From a bacterium (lineage in GTDB: Bacteria > Hinthialibacterota > Hinthialibacteria > Hinthialibacterales > JAKPRU01): a stretch of DNA of 57,298 bases. The notes beneath the pieces are model-generated. The model did not search any database. It was not told the origin of the DNA and saw only the letters and a list, made by a program, of their open reading frames with translations. The translations under genes and the position numbers were made by a program. The stretch is from contig DAOMHQ010000001.1 in the NCBI GenBank assembly GCA_035430965.1, positions 16,338 through 73,635 on the forward strand. Reading direction: 5' to 3'. This document shows positions 1-9,607 of the stretch, piece by piece. Position 1 is the stretch's first letter. The number at the start of each line of letters is the position of its first letter.

Positions 1-34
1 TCCCTCTCCCTTCGGGAGAGGGTTAGGGTGAGGG
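1..34 (+). repeat. Family-A hairpin/G-run repeat, copy 1 (at window edge)
   Basis: tCCCTCTCCC-ttc-GGGAGAGGG-ttaGGGtgaGGG: 9-nt inverted arms, 3-nt loop, G-run tail; same architecture recurs through the window. Confidence 0.85.
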
Positions 35-142
35 TCTTTCTAGCTCAACCCACGCCCTTCGAGAACAACGACAATGCAAAGCATTTCTGATACACTACGC
101 TCGCATCATCCCGGCACGAATAAACACTACGGAGAAACGACT

Positions 143-1132
143 ATGAAAAATCTTCGGATTCTGCTTCTTTTCGGATTCTGTTGCGCTTTGTCGATCGGAT
201 GCGGTAGGGGACCTTCGGACGAATCGGCAGCCCCCGAAGCAAAAAAGTATGTCCTGGGTTTCTCTCCCAAAATGCTGGACAATCCCGTCTTTAATCGGGC
301 GAAGATCGGTGCGGAGAAGACCGCGCAGGAACTCTCCGCAACTTACGGGGAAATTGAGATTCTCTGGAGCGCACCCACCGAAGGCGACGCGGCAAAACAA
401 GTCGAGATTGTCCAGGGATTCATCCAGCGGGGCGTTGATGGAATTGCCGTCTCCTGCAACGAACCGCAGGCGCTCAAAACCGTCATTGACCAGGCCATTG
501 ATGTCGGCATCCCCACCATCACTTTCGATTCCGATTCCCCGGAATCAAAGCGACTGACCTATTACGGAACCGATGATGTGGAATGCGGCACAGTGATTGC
601 GGAACGGCTTCACCAGGCTATGGGCGGGAAGGGAACATACGCCATCCTGACCGGCGTTCCGGGCGCTTACAACCTGGAAACCCGCATTCAGGCGGTCAAG
701 GACAAACTGACCGAGGTGAACAGCGGATTGGAACTGGTGCAGACTCTTTATTGCAATGACGATTCGCCGACAGCCATTCAGCAAATCGAACAGGTGATGC
801 GAGCACGACCCGATCTGGGCGGTTGGGCGATGGTCGGCGGTTGGCCGCTGATGGCGGACAATGCGCTGGCCTGCATCAATCCGCCGGGCAGCTGCAAGAT
901 CGTTGCGGTGGATACTCTTCCCACAATGTGGCAATACATCGAGCAGGGATATGTCGATGCGCTTGTGGGACAGAAAGTGTACCACTGGGGCGCGGAGAGC
1001 GTCCGCATCCTGATGGACATCATAGTCAACCAAACGGAATACCCTCGCAATTCCTGGTCCGGCGTAGACATTGTCACAAAGGAAAACCTGGAAGATTACA
1101 AAAAGCAGTGGGTGGAATGGTTCGGAGAATAA
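143..1132 (+). CDS. Sugar-binding lipoprotein, ABC transporter substrate-binding protein (RbsB-like, type I periplasmic binding fold)
   Basis: ORF 74..1132. ATG at 143 gives MKNLRILLLFGFCCALSIGC (signal peptide plus lipobox). Body resembles ribose/monosaccharide binding proteins. No permease or ATPase adjacent. Confidence 0.8.
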   Translation: MKNLRILLLFGFCCALSIGCGRGPSDESAAPEAKKYVLGFSPKMLDNPVFNRAKIGAEKTAQELSATYGEIEILWSAPTEGDAAKQVEIVQGFIQRGVDGIAVSCNEPQALKTVIDQAIDVGIPTITFDSDSPESKRLTYYGTDDVECGTVIAERLHQAMGGKGTYAILTGVPGAYNLETRIQAVKDKLTEVNSGLELVQTLYCNDDSPTAIQQIEQVMRARPDLGGWAMVGGWPLMADNALACINPPGSCKIVAVDTLPTMWQYIEQGYVDALVGQKVYHWGAESVRILMDIIVNQTEYPRNSWSGVDIVTKENLEDYKKQWVEWFGE

Positions 1133-1148
1133 GACCATTCCAATAGCC

Positions 1149-2495
1149 TCATCCGTGCTTTTCGAACCGATCGCGTAGATTATCCTTTGTGATGATAACC
1201 TCGTTCTTTTCATCGAGCGGTACAACCATGTAGTACTCTGAAACCGTCCCGGCAACGCTTGCAGGAGCGATCAGCTGTGCTTTCAGGCTGTCCTGGACAA
1301 TGCCGATCTGCAAATGGGGGCTTTTCCCAACCTGCTTAATCGCGGACACGCAGACATTTCGCAGGTTCATGAACACTTCCGCCAGTCGATTGGCGAACGG
1401 CCATTTTGGCGGGGGAGTTTTTGCCAGATTCCGGAACGGCTCCCACAGGATCTTGCCCCGCTCCTGATCGGGAATGGCATCCAGGGTCTTATCCCAGTCG
1501 ATGGCCTGGCTTCGCGGAAAGGGAGCAAGAAGGTCGGGCAACCGGCGATAGATCTCCTCATAGGAATTCGATTGAAAAGACAGGACCGTTCCGGAACTCT
1601 CCCGACGTTGTCCCGAAAGATCCACGGAGGTCGCCCATCCCTGGCGATGAAGGTTGACAAAGTGCAACTGGTAGCAGGTTTGCTCCAGGTCAGTCAGCTG
1701 GAGATTCAGATGCACCTCCACAATGGCCGATTGGCGAAAAACGCCTTGCGCATTGATCCCGAACAGGACCATGTTGCCCTTTTCATCCAGGCGAAGCAGG
1801 GATGGAGGTTTGGGCATTCCTTCCAATTCCTGAAGGCGGATGTCCTTGACAAGGGCATTTTCCACAACGGCCTCGGACAGGTTGCACCGCGTGAAACAAG
1901 CCAGCCAGAGACTTGCATTTTGCAGGATGGCCTGTGTCAGGTTCGCTTCGAATAGTTCCGTTCCCCAGAGACGGGCTTCCACCAGATCGGCCCCGGTGAA
2001 ATCGCAAGCAAAGAACTTGGCATGATCCAGGATGGCTTCGGCCATTCTCGCTCCTCGGAAATCCACCACAAAACAATCGACTTTGGTCAGATTGGCCTGT
2101 GAAATGTCCGATGCATCCAGGTATGCCTCCACGATTTTTGCCCTCTTGAGGTTTGCCCCGGACAGACTTGCCCGGCAGAGATGGACGCGGAACAGATCCG
2201 CTCCGGTCAGATTCGCCCGGCTCAGATCGGCCCGATCCATCAGGGCGTCGCTCAGGTTGATCTCGCGCAGGTCCGCATCGCACAGGTTGGTTTCCTCCAG
2301 CTTCGCTTCCCGCAAATACGCACGAGAGAAACTCGCCCCGGCGAGATTTGCGCCGGACAAATCGATCCCATTCAGGTTCTTTCGGGCGAGATTGGCTCCC
2401 GCGAGGTCGGGAATGATCTCAGGATTCTCCTGTCGCCATGCGTTCCAGGGATCCACTCCTTCGTGCAGAATTGCCAAATGATTCGGATTGGCCAT
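1149..2495 (-). CDS. Pentapeptide-repeat protein with uncharacterised ~230-aa C-terminal domain
   Basis: ORF 1149..2594. Start taken at MANPNHLAILHEG (ATG at 2495). Long run of A(D/N)LxX pentapeptides (ANLARKNLNGIDLSGANLAGASFSRAYLREAKL...). C-terminal half has no motif I recognise. Confidence 0.75.
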   Translation of the reverse strand: MANPNHLAILHEGVDPWNAWRQENPEIIPDLAGANLARKNLNGIDLSGANLAGASFSRAYLREAKLEETNLCDADLREINLSDALMDRADLSRANLTGADLFRVHLCRASLSGANLKRAKIVEAYLDASDISQANLTKVDCFVVDFRGARMAEAILDHAKFFACDFTGADLVEARLWGTELFEANLTQAILQNASLWLACFTRCNLSEAVVENALVKDIRLQELEGMPKPPSLLRLDEKGNMVLFGINAQGVFRQSAIVEVHLNLQLTDLEQTCYQLHFVNLHRQGWATSVDLSGQRRESSGTVLSFQSNSYEEIYRRLPDLLAPFPRSQAIDWDKTLDAIPDQERGKILWEPFRNLAKTPPPKWPFANRLAEVFMNLRNVCVSAIKQVGKSPHLQIGIVQDSLKAQLIAPASVAGTVSEYYMVVPLDEKNEVIITKDNLRDRFEKHG

Positions 2496-2761
2496 ATATG
2501 ATATCCTCAAGAGAAATGGGTTGCGATTCTGGCAGCAGGCACTGTAGCACAAAGTCGTTCCAGGTCGGCGTTTTCCCTCGGAAAGAACAGTCATCGCAAA
2601 TTGTCACTTTAACCGTCTTAAAAGGCAGACTGCAGGTATATCCCTCAACGGGAGTATGATATCATCTCTTCCTACCGAATCTTAACAGGATTTCTTTGGT
2701 CGAATTTCAGGCAACGGCTCCGGCTGTGCCGACACACAGGCGAAAACGAGAGGAGAGCAGC

Positions 2762-4111
2762 ATGGGACACAACAAGATCACACGTCGGTTGTTCTTGGCC
2801 GGCACGGCGGCAACGGCTCTGGCGGGCTGCGCCACACCTGCCCGCAGGCCGAAACTATCCAGAATGGGCTATCGATCCCCCAATGAAAAACTGAACATCG
2901 CGGGAATCGGAGTCGGCGGCAAAGGCAGCAGCGATGTTGACAATGTCAGCTCCGAAAATATCGTGGCGCTTTGCGACGTGGACTGGAACAAAGCATCAGG
3001 AACCTTTGGCCGATACCCGAATGCGAAACGATATCGCGATTTTCGGGACATGCTGGAAAAAGAAGACCGGAATATCGACGCCTGCACAATTTCCACCACG
3101 GACCATGTCCACGCCATCGCAGCCATGGCGGCCATGAAGATGGGCAAGCATGTGTATGTGCAGAAACCCCTCACCCATACGATCTACGAAGCGCGGACTC
3201 TGACATTGGCAGCCCGGAAATACGGTGTTGCCACTCAAATGGGCAATCAGGGCCATTCCGGCGATGATGTTCGGAAGTTCTGCGAGTTGATCTGGTCGGG
3301 TATTATCGGAAATGTCCGAGAGGTTCATGCCTGGACCAACCGTCCGATCTGGCCCCAGGGAATTCCCGATCCGCTGCCGGAAGAACCCATCCCGGGGGAC
3401 CAGGATATCAACTGGGATCTCTGGATCGGACCAGCCCCATATCGGCCTTACAATGCCAAATATGCGCCGTTCAATTGGCGTGGCTGGTGGGATTTTGGGA
3501 CCGGCGCTCTGGGGGATATGGGCTGCCACATTCTCGATCCCATCAACTGGGCGCTGCTCCTGGAATACCCGATCAGCGTGGAATGCGTCTCCCAGGACGG
3601 CAAGAACGAACAGACTGCGCCCAATAAATCCGTTATCCGGTATGAATTCCCCGCGCGCGGAACCATGGCTCCGGTGACGGTATATTGGTATGACGGCGGT
3701 AACCTGCCCCAGCGCCCGAAGGAGATCCCGGAAGGGATCAAGCTGGCCGACGGCGACAACGGTTCGATTTTCATCGGCGACAACGGAGTGATTGCCATCG
3801 GTACTTACGGTGGTAACCCGCAGATCTTCCCGGAATCGCTGGCGAAAGAATACAAGACACCCGATCCATTGATTCCCAGAGCGCCCGGACAGGACCATGC
3901 CCGCGATTGGATCCAGGCCTGCATGGGCGGACCACCGTCATGCTCCAATTTCGATTACAGCGGTCCGTTTACGGAGTGGGTCCTGCTTGGCAATCTCTGC
4001 TTGCGCTGCGAAGGCAAGTTGTTGTGGGATGGCCCGAATATGCGGGTCACCAACAACTCCGAGGCCAATCAGTTTGTCCGGATGAAGTACCGGAAAGGCT
4101 GGCATCTCTGA
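2762..4111 (+). CDS. Gfo/Idh/MocA family oxidoreductase with twin-arginine (TAT) signal
   Basis: ORF 2696..4111. ATG 2762 preceded by gagaggagagc RBS. N-terminus MGHNKITRRLFLAGTAATALAGCA. Rossmann motif NIAGIGVGGKG and the ...VYVQKPL... motif typical of the family. Confidence 0.85.
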   Translation: MGHNKITRRLFLAGTAATALAGCATPARRPKLSRMGYRSPNEKLNIAGIGVGGKGSSDVDNVSSENIVALCDVDWNKASGTFGRYPNAKRYRDFRDMLEKEDRNIDACTISTTDHVHAIAAMAAMKMGKHVYVQKPLTHTIYEARTLTLAARKYGVATQMGNQGHSGDDVRKFCELIWSGIIGNVREVHAWTNRPIWPQGIPDPLPEEPIPGDQDINWDLWIGPAPYRPYNAKYAPFNWRGWWDFGTGALGDMGCHILDPINWALLLEYPISVECVSQDGKNEQTAPNKSVIRYEFPARGTMAPVTVYWYDGGNLPQRPKEIPEGIKLADGDNGSIFIGDNGVIAIGTYGGNPQIFPESLAKEYKTPDPLIPRAPGQDHARDWIQACMGGPPSCSNFDYSGPFTEWVLLGNLCLRCEGKLLWDGPNMRVTNNSEANQFVRMKYRKGWHL

Positions 4112-4140
4112 GCCAACCACCGCAGACTCCCGTCCCAACG

Positions 4141-4176
4141 CCCCCTCTCCCTCCGGGAGAGGATTGGGGTGAGGGG
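4141..4176 (+). repeat. Family-A repeat, copy 2
   Basis: cCCCCTCTCC-ctcc-GGGAGAGGattGGGGtgaGGGG immediately after the oxidoreductase stop. Confidence 0.85.
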
Positions 4177-4192
4177 ACAAACCGAAACAAAC

Positions 4193-4229
4193 AAAGCCGG
4201 TCTCCGCAATTCTTTGCGGGACCGGCTTT
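4193..4229 (+). terminator. Stem-loop terminator downstream of the oxidoreductase gene
   Basis: AAAGCCGGTC(t)CCGCAA-ttct-TTGCGG-GACCGGCTTT, 16 paired positions with one bulged t, flanked by A/T runs on both sides (could act bidirectionally). Confidence 0.6.
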
Positions 4230-4259
4230 CTTCATGCCTCTATGCTCCGAAAAACAAAT

Positions 4260-4289
4260 CACCCCGCCGGTCGACTGACCGGCGGGGTG
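4260..4289 (-). terminator. Rho-independent terminator of the outer-membrane protein gene
   Basis: Perfect 13-bp stem CACCCCGCCGGTC / GACCGGCGGGGTG with 4-nt loop. On the minus strand it is followed by gATTTGTTTTT. Confidence 0.75.
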
Positions 4290-4315
4290 TAAACTCTCAT
4301 ATCCGTATCGACTGT

Positions 4316-5911
4316 TTAGAATCTGTACAGAAGCTGGAAGCGGATGAACCAGGCGTCATCGTCATTCAGGAAGTAATCGCCCGGAGCAAAATATTCCGCG
4401 AGGAAGTGTCCGTCCAGGTATTCGTTGAACTTGTATGTGGTCATCCACTGGAGGTTGTGTCCCATTTCATCGCCGTCGTCGGGACCGTTGTCCTCATCGG
4501 CCATGAAATAGACATATCGAAGCATCTGGCCCATTTTCGCTGTCGGGCTGAGGTCGATTCGTACCTCCGGGAGAATCATGTTCGACCAGACACCGAGGTT
4601 GGGGTCATTCTGTCCCGTACGAACTTTAAAGCCGTCATACATCGTATACACAAAGAGTTCGCTGTATTTTGGCCATTGGGAATAGAAGTCATCCCAGCCT
4701 TCGTAGTCGCTGCTGTCGGGATCATCGCCGCTCAAGTAGGAGATTCCCGCCTTGAGCGACGGTTTCCACATCCAGTCGTTCTGCTTCAGCTGGCCCCAGA
4801 TCAGGCCGCCCCACGCATCCCGGTCTTCTTTGCCCAGACTGTCGCCATGCTGGAACGGATTTGCCGTCACATTGGCATTTGCGGCCATAGCGGCAACTCG
4901 TGCGTCATAATTCGTCCAGTCGATCTTGCCCCACTCTTTTCCACCTTCAGCTGCCATGCTGAGTGTGGTTCCTTCGAAGATGTCGGTCTTGAGGGTTGTC
5001 CGGGCACCCAGCAGCAAGGTCTGTTCTTTCGGGGATAGATCAATGCGGTTCGCTGCGAATTCGGGTTTGTCGTTCTTATTCCGATAGAGAAGGTATGGCT
5101 CGATTCCCCAGCTGTCGTTTACATTGTACTTTGTGTAGATTCCGTAGAGATCCTCATCATCCGCAAACTGGGTATCGTTCTCCTGCACTTTTGCGGCGAA
5201 CACATCGATATTTCCATTCTCAAATGGATACGAGAACTTCATCGCGTCAAAGCTGAGTGTCTGCGACCCATCATATGGAGATCCGTCCAGAATGACAAAT
5301 CCCTCACCATACACTAGATCCTGGCGACCGATCCTCGTGTTGATTCCCGTGTCGAATACGTTGTTCCAGTCCACAAAAGCGTTGTCGAAGGCGACATCCT
5401 TTGCCTCGACATCGTACCCGGGCATTTCGTTGTCCTGACCGTATAACCATTCCTTATGCAGCTTGAAAAAAGCCCTCATATCATTATTCATCTGCCAATC
5501 GAAGAAGACGCGAGGTCGGAAACGATAGTATTCCCTTGTGTCGTCCGGCAATCTGGGAATGTCCCAGCCGTCGTCATCAAAATCCCACAAGTTCTCCGCG
5601 TATGTTGGTCGGAAACGCAGATCGCCGCCGATCTTAAGGCTCTTCGAAATTCCACCCAGTGGCATTACCTCGACGGGGGTCACCGCTCTGCCCGTTTGCC
5701 ATGCATCGAAAGCCCCCCCGGTGGGGGTGGCTTTGACGGCCTCTTTTGTCTGCTCCACAGCGGCTTTCATAGCCTGGAGTTCTGTCTCCAATGCCTTGAT
5801 CCGAGATTCGAGATCTTCCACTCGATCCGCCCACACTCCACCGGAAGATAGCAGACATACTGCCATCGCGACCAGTCCTACTCTCAACACCCACGATTTA
5901 CGTAGTTTCAC
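4316..5911 (-). CDS. Outer-membrane beta-barrel protein (alginate-export/porin-like) with N-terminal coiled coil
   Basis: GTG start with GGGGGA RBS. Signal peptide MKLRKSWVLRVGLVAMAVCLLSSGGVWA. Coiled-coil segment, then alternating aromatic/polar beta-strand pattern. C-terminal ...FQLLYRF (terminal Phe typical of OMPs). Confidence 0.55.
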   Translation of the reverse strand: MKLRKSWVLRVGLVAMAVCLLSSGGVWADRVEDLESRIKALETELQAMKAAVEQTKEAVKATPTGGAFDAWQTGRAVTPVEVMPLGGISKSLKIGGDLRFRPTYAENLWDFDDDGWDIPRLPDDTREYYRFRPRVFFDWQMNNDMRAFFKLHKEWLYGQDNEMPGYDVEAKDVAFDNAFVDWNNVFDTGINTRIGRQDLVYGEGFVILDGSPYDGSQTLSFDAMKFSYPFENGNIDVFAAKVQENDTQFADDEDLYGIYTKYNVNDSWGIEPYLLYRNKNDKPEFAANRIDLSPKEQTLLLGARTTLKTDIFEGTTLSMAAEGGKEWGKIDWTNYDARVAAMAANANVTANPFQHGDSLGKEDRDAWGGLIWGQLKQNDWMWKPSLKAGISYLSGDDPDSSDYEGWDDFYSQWPKYSELFVYTMYDGFKVRTGQNDPNLGVWSNMILPEVRIDLSPTAKMGQMLRYVYFMADEDNGPDDGDEMGHNLQWMTTYKFNEYLDGHFLAEYFAPGDYFLNDDDAWFIRFQLLYRF

Positions 5912-5992
5912 GGCGTTCCCCCTGTTTCTTGAGGAATGTTAGTTCGGGCGCAATCATTGCTCAAAATTTGTGAAATTTCAACCCCTTGCGCA

Positions 5993-7324
5993 TTAAAAAT
6001 TGCGATTATCGATCACTCTTTTGGATTTTCCGATCGCTCTTTCCAGGGTTCTGTGTTCCACAAGGGTAATTTTGACCGAAATTCCCAGTGCGGTGTGGAG
6101 CCGCTGACGCAGTTTTTCCTCCAGGGCACGCATCCCCTTCATCTCGTCCGAAAAGACCTCTCCCCGCACTTCGACCTGGACCTCGATAGTATCCAGCGCC
6201 TCTTTTCGCCCCAGAATGATCTGGTAGAACGGCTGCACACCTTCCACTTCCAGCAAGATCTCTTCAATTTGGGACGGAAAGACATTCACACCGCGGACAA
6301 TCAGCATATCGTCGTTGCGCCCCTGAACCTTGGTCATACGGACAGTGGTTCGCCCGCATGAACACGGGTCCGGGATGAGTCTGCAGATATCCCGTGTCCG
6401 GTAGCGGATAACGGGGAGGGCTTCCTTGGTGAGCGCGGTGAGCACCAATTCGCCTTCTTCGCCTATGGCCTTCGATTGACCCGTATCGGGGTCGATGACC
6501 TCGGCAAGAAAATGGTCTTCGGAGATGTGCAGACCGTTCTTGACGGGACATTCGCCGGAGACCCCCGGCCCGATGATTTCGGACAGGCCGTAGTTGTCGG
6601 TCGCAGAGATCCCAAGGCCGGCCTCGATTTCACGCCTCATATTCTCCGACCAGGGTTCGCCACCGAAAAGCCCGAAGCGAAGATGGATGTCTTTACCAGG
6701 CTTAACTCCTTCTTTTTCAAGGAAATCGGCGATGTGAAGCGCGTAGGAGGGCGTACAGACTAACGCGGTAGCCTTCATGGCGCGCATCAGTTCGATCTGC
6801 CGCAGCGTGTTGCCGCTGGAGGCAGGAATCACCGCCGCACCAATCTTCTCCGCTCCGTAATGCAGACCGAATCCGCCTGTGAACAGGCCGTACCCAAATG
6901 CCACCTGAAGAATGTCTGAAGGGCCGACCCCCCCGGCGCGGATGATTCGGGCCACCAGGTCAGACCACAAATCCAGATCGTTTCGAGTATACGCAACGAC
7001 CGTCGGATGCCCCGTGGTTCCGGAAGAGGCGTGCAGACGGACCACCCGGTCCATCGAAACGGCCATCATTTCCGTCATGCTGTATGTCCGGACGTCGTCC
7101 TTGGTGGTAAACGGCAGTCGCTGAAGGTCATCCAGAGAACGAATATCCTCCGGATGAATTCCGGCATCCCGGAACACCCGCTGGTAATAGGGCACCTGCG
7201 CATCCGCCCGGCGGATCAGGTCCTGCAAACGTCTCAGCTGGAGTGCCTGAAGCTCGTGCCTTGGCAGGCACTCCATTGTTGGATCCCAAATATTCTCAAT
7301 ACTGTTGGTGCAATGAACTTCCAT
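5993..7324 (-). CDS. paaK: Phenylacetate-CoA ligase family protein (PaaK-like adenylate-forming enzyme), paralog 1
   Basis: 443 aa. N-terminal IWDPTMECLPRHELQALQLRRL, SSGTTGHPT adenylation motif, and C-terminal KSKRVIDNR, all typical of PaaK family. Confidence 0.85.
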   Translation of the reverse strand: MEVHCTNSIENIWDPTMECLPRHELQALQLRRLQDLIRRADAQVPYYQRVFRDAGIHPEDIRSLDDLQRLPFTTKDDVRTYSMTEMMAVSMDRVVRLHASSGTTGHPTVVAYTRNDLDLWSDLVARIIRAGGVGPSDILQVAFGYGLFTGGFGLHYGAEKIGAAVIPASSGNTLRQIELMRAMKATALVCTPSYALHIADFLEKEGVKPGKDIHLRFGLFGGEPWSENMRREIEAGLGISATDNYGLSEIIGPGVSGECPVKNGLHISEDHFLAEVIDPDTGQSKAIGEEGELVLTALTKEALPVIRYRTRDICRLIPDPCSCGRTTVRMTKVQGRNDDMLIVRGVNVFPSQIEEILLEVEGVQPFYQIILGRKEALDTIEVQVEVRGEVFSDEMKGMRALEEKLRQRLHTALGISVKITLVEHRTLERAIGKSKRVIDNRNF

Positions 7325-7344
7325 TCAACTTGTTTCCAATTGAC

Positions 7345-7776
7345 CTACATACTATGAACCCGACTGCCGTTCAGCGCCTGATATCCTTCCTTTGTGAGAA
7401 TCCCAAGTGCCTGATCAGGATCCTCGAAGCGGAAAACCATGATGGCTCTGTCCTCGACACGGTCCAGAAATCCATACAGATACTCCACGTTGATTCCGGC
7501 CTTGCCCAGAATGTTGAGAATCGCGGCCAGTGCTCCTGGCCGATCCGGAATTTCAACGGCGACCACCTGGGTCTCCTTAACTGTAATCCCTTCATTTTTC
7601 AGGACTTCCAGTGCCTTATCGGTCTTGTCCACAATCAGACGGATAATGCCGAAATCGGCGGTATCCGCCAAAGCGATAGCCCGGATATTGACCCCGGCGC
7701 GGCCCAGGATTCCCGTTACCTCCGCCATCCGTCCCGCCTGGTTCTCCAGGAAAATAGAAATTTGTCGTAATTTCAT
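7345..7776 (-). CDS. ACT domain-containing (small-molecule binding) protein
   Basis: 143 aa with two ACT-like halves ([28 protein letters not shown]... and [28 protein letters not shown]). ATGA overlap with the upstream paaK paralog. Confidence 0.8.
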   Translation of the reverse strand: MKLRQISIFLENQAGRMAEVTGILGRAGVNIRAIALADTADFGIIRLIVDKTDKALEVLKNEGITVKETQVVAVEIPDRPGALAAILNILGKAGINVEYLYGFLDRVEDRAIMVFRFEDPDQALGILTKEGYQALNGSRVHSM

Positions 7777-9104
7777 GACACCTTACCTCCTGTCTCCGGT
7801 CCGTTTTCAAGCGTTCTTCGATCCACAACCCGTTTCGCCTTGCCCATGCTTCGCTCAATCGTTTTCGGTTCGACCAAGCGAACCACGGCGCTGATGCCCA
7901 AGACGCTTTCAATTTCCTTGCGAATCTTGTGTTGCAGTTCCTCCAATTTCCGGACTTCATCCGAAAAGATCTGTTCTCTGACCTCCACTCGGATCTCCAA
8001 TTCATCCATCGATCCTCGCTTGTCGACAACGATCAGATAATGAGGTTCGGTTTCCTCGATCTCCATTAAGACGCTTTCAATTTGGGATGGGAATACATTC
8101 ACGCCACGGATGATCAGCATGTCATCCGTTCGTCCGCTGGTTCGTTCCATTCGAGTTGCCGTTCTGCCGCATCGGCAGGGTTCCGTGGTCAGACGGCTGA
8201 TGTCGCGTGTCCGGAATCGGATGGTCGGGAATGCCTGCTTGGTGATGCAAGTAAACACCAGTTCGCCCTTTTCGCCCTCCGGCAAGACTTCGCCGGTGTC
8301 CGGGTTTACGATTTCCGGGATAAAGTGGTCGTCACAGATATGAAGGCCGTCCTGATACTCGCACTCGCTGGAGACTCCCGGCCCGATGATCTCGGAAAGG
8401 CCATAGATGTCGTAGGCTTTCAGCCCCATCCGCTCTTCAATCTCGTTGCGCATGGAGTTGGACCAGGGTTCCGCTCCGAACACCCCTGCTTTCAGCTTCA
8501 GCTTGCTCCGATCCACCTTCATCTCGTCCATCATCTCTGCGATGCAGAGAGAATACGACGGCGTACAGGCGAGCATGGTCACTCCAAAGTCTTCAAACAA
8601 CATCACTTGACGTTTCGTGTTACCGCCGGAGATGGGAATCACTGTGGCCCCGATCTTTTCGGCGCCGTAATGGAGACCCAATCCGCCGGTAAACAGGCCA
8701 TATCCATAAGCCACCTGAATGATGTCATCCGGGCCGCCGCCTGCGCAGCAGATCGTGCGGGCGATGGTTTCCGCCCAGAGATCCACATCTTCCCTGGTGT
8801 ACCCCACTACGACCGGCTTGCCGGTCGTCCCGGATGAGGAATGGATGCGGACAACATCTTTGAGAGGTACGGCGAACAGGCCAAACGGATAGTTGTCTCG
8901 AAGATCGTCCTTCGAGGTGAACGGAAACTTCTGCAAGTCTTCGAGATGTTTGAGGTCGTCGGGCTTCACGCCCGCCTCATCGAACTTTCGTCGGTACGCC
9001 GGGATGGTCTCGTACACGCGGCGGAGTGTGCGACGAAGCCGATACAGCTGCAGAGCGCGACGCTCCTCACGAGGGAGACATTCCATCTCTTGGTTCCAGA
9101 TCAT
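7773..9104 (-). CDS. paaK: Phenylacetate-CoA ligase family protein, paralog 2
   Basis: 443 aa, collinear with paralog 1 ([41 protein letters not shown]). Confidence 0.85.
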   Translation of the reverse strand: MIWNQEMECLPREERRALQLYRLRRTLRRVYETIPAYRRKFDEAGVKPDDLKHLEDLQKFPFTSKDDLRDNYPFGLFAVPLKDVVRIHSSSGTTGKPVVVGYTREDVDLWAETIARTICCAGGGPDDIIQVAYGYGLFTGGLGLHYGAEKIGATVIPISGGNTKRQVMLFEDFGVTMLACTPSYSLCIAEMMDEMKVDRSKLKLKAGVFGAEPWSNSMRNEIEERMGLKAYDIYGLSEIIGPGVSSECEYQDGLHICDDHFIPEIVNPDTGEVLPEGEKGELVFTCITKQAFPTIRFRTRDISRLTTEPCRCGRTATRMERTSGRTDDMLIIRGVNVFPSQIESVLMEIEETEPHYLIVVDKRGSMDELEIRVEVREQIFSDEVRKLEELQHKIRKEIESVLGISAVVRLVEPKTIERSMGKAKRVVDRRTLENGPETGGKVS

Positions 9105-9124
9105 GATGCGATCCCCCTGTCTTG

Positions 9125-9607
9125 TTATGAAACACTGGCGGTTCCTCGATCAAAGGCCGCCATGTTGACTTCCAGGTATTTTTCCGGGACCACGGAGCGG
9201 ATGGCTGAATGCCATGCTTCGGGGGCAAACGGTAGATAGTGAGACAGAATCCCCAGCAGATATAGGTTGCCCCACTTATTTTTCAATTCTTCCTCGGCAT
9301 TGGCGACGGACGGATCGATGACCACTCCCCCTGGTCGGACCTGTGACCGGCTTCGGGCGCTTTCCCGTGCGTGAACGGCCACCAGGATATCGACCATCCC
9401 CTGTGGAATCAGCGGGCTGTGCACCTTCTTCCCGAAACGGATCTGGCTGGAGACACTTCCCCCACGTTGCGCCATGCCATGGACTTCACTCTGTTTGACA
9501 TCATATCCCGCATGAAATGCCGCCAGGGCCGTGATGCCGCTCGCCACAAGAATCCCCTGGCCGCCAAGGCCCGCGAAAAGGATGCTTCGGGTTTCTTCGC
9601 CGCTCAT
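9125..9607 (-). CDS. iorB: Indolepyruvate:ferredoxin oxidoreductase subunit beta
   Basis: 160 aa. [15 protein letters not shown]...[13 protein letters not shown] motif of the 2-oxoacid:ferredoxin oxidoreductase gamma-type domain. ATGA overlap with iorA. Confidence 0.8.
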   Translation of the reverse strand: MSGEETRSILFAGLGGQGILVASGITALAAFHAGYDVKQSEVHGMAQRGGSVSSQIRFGKKVHSPLIPQGMVDILVAVHARESARSRSQVRPGGVVIDPSVANAEEELKNKWGNLYLLGILSHYLPFAPEAWHSAIRSVVPEKYLEVNMAAFDRGTASVS

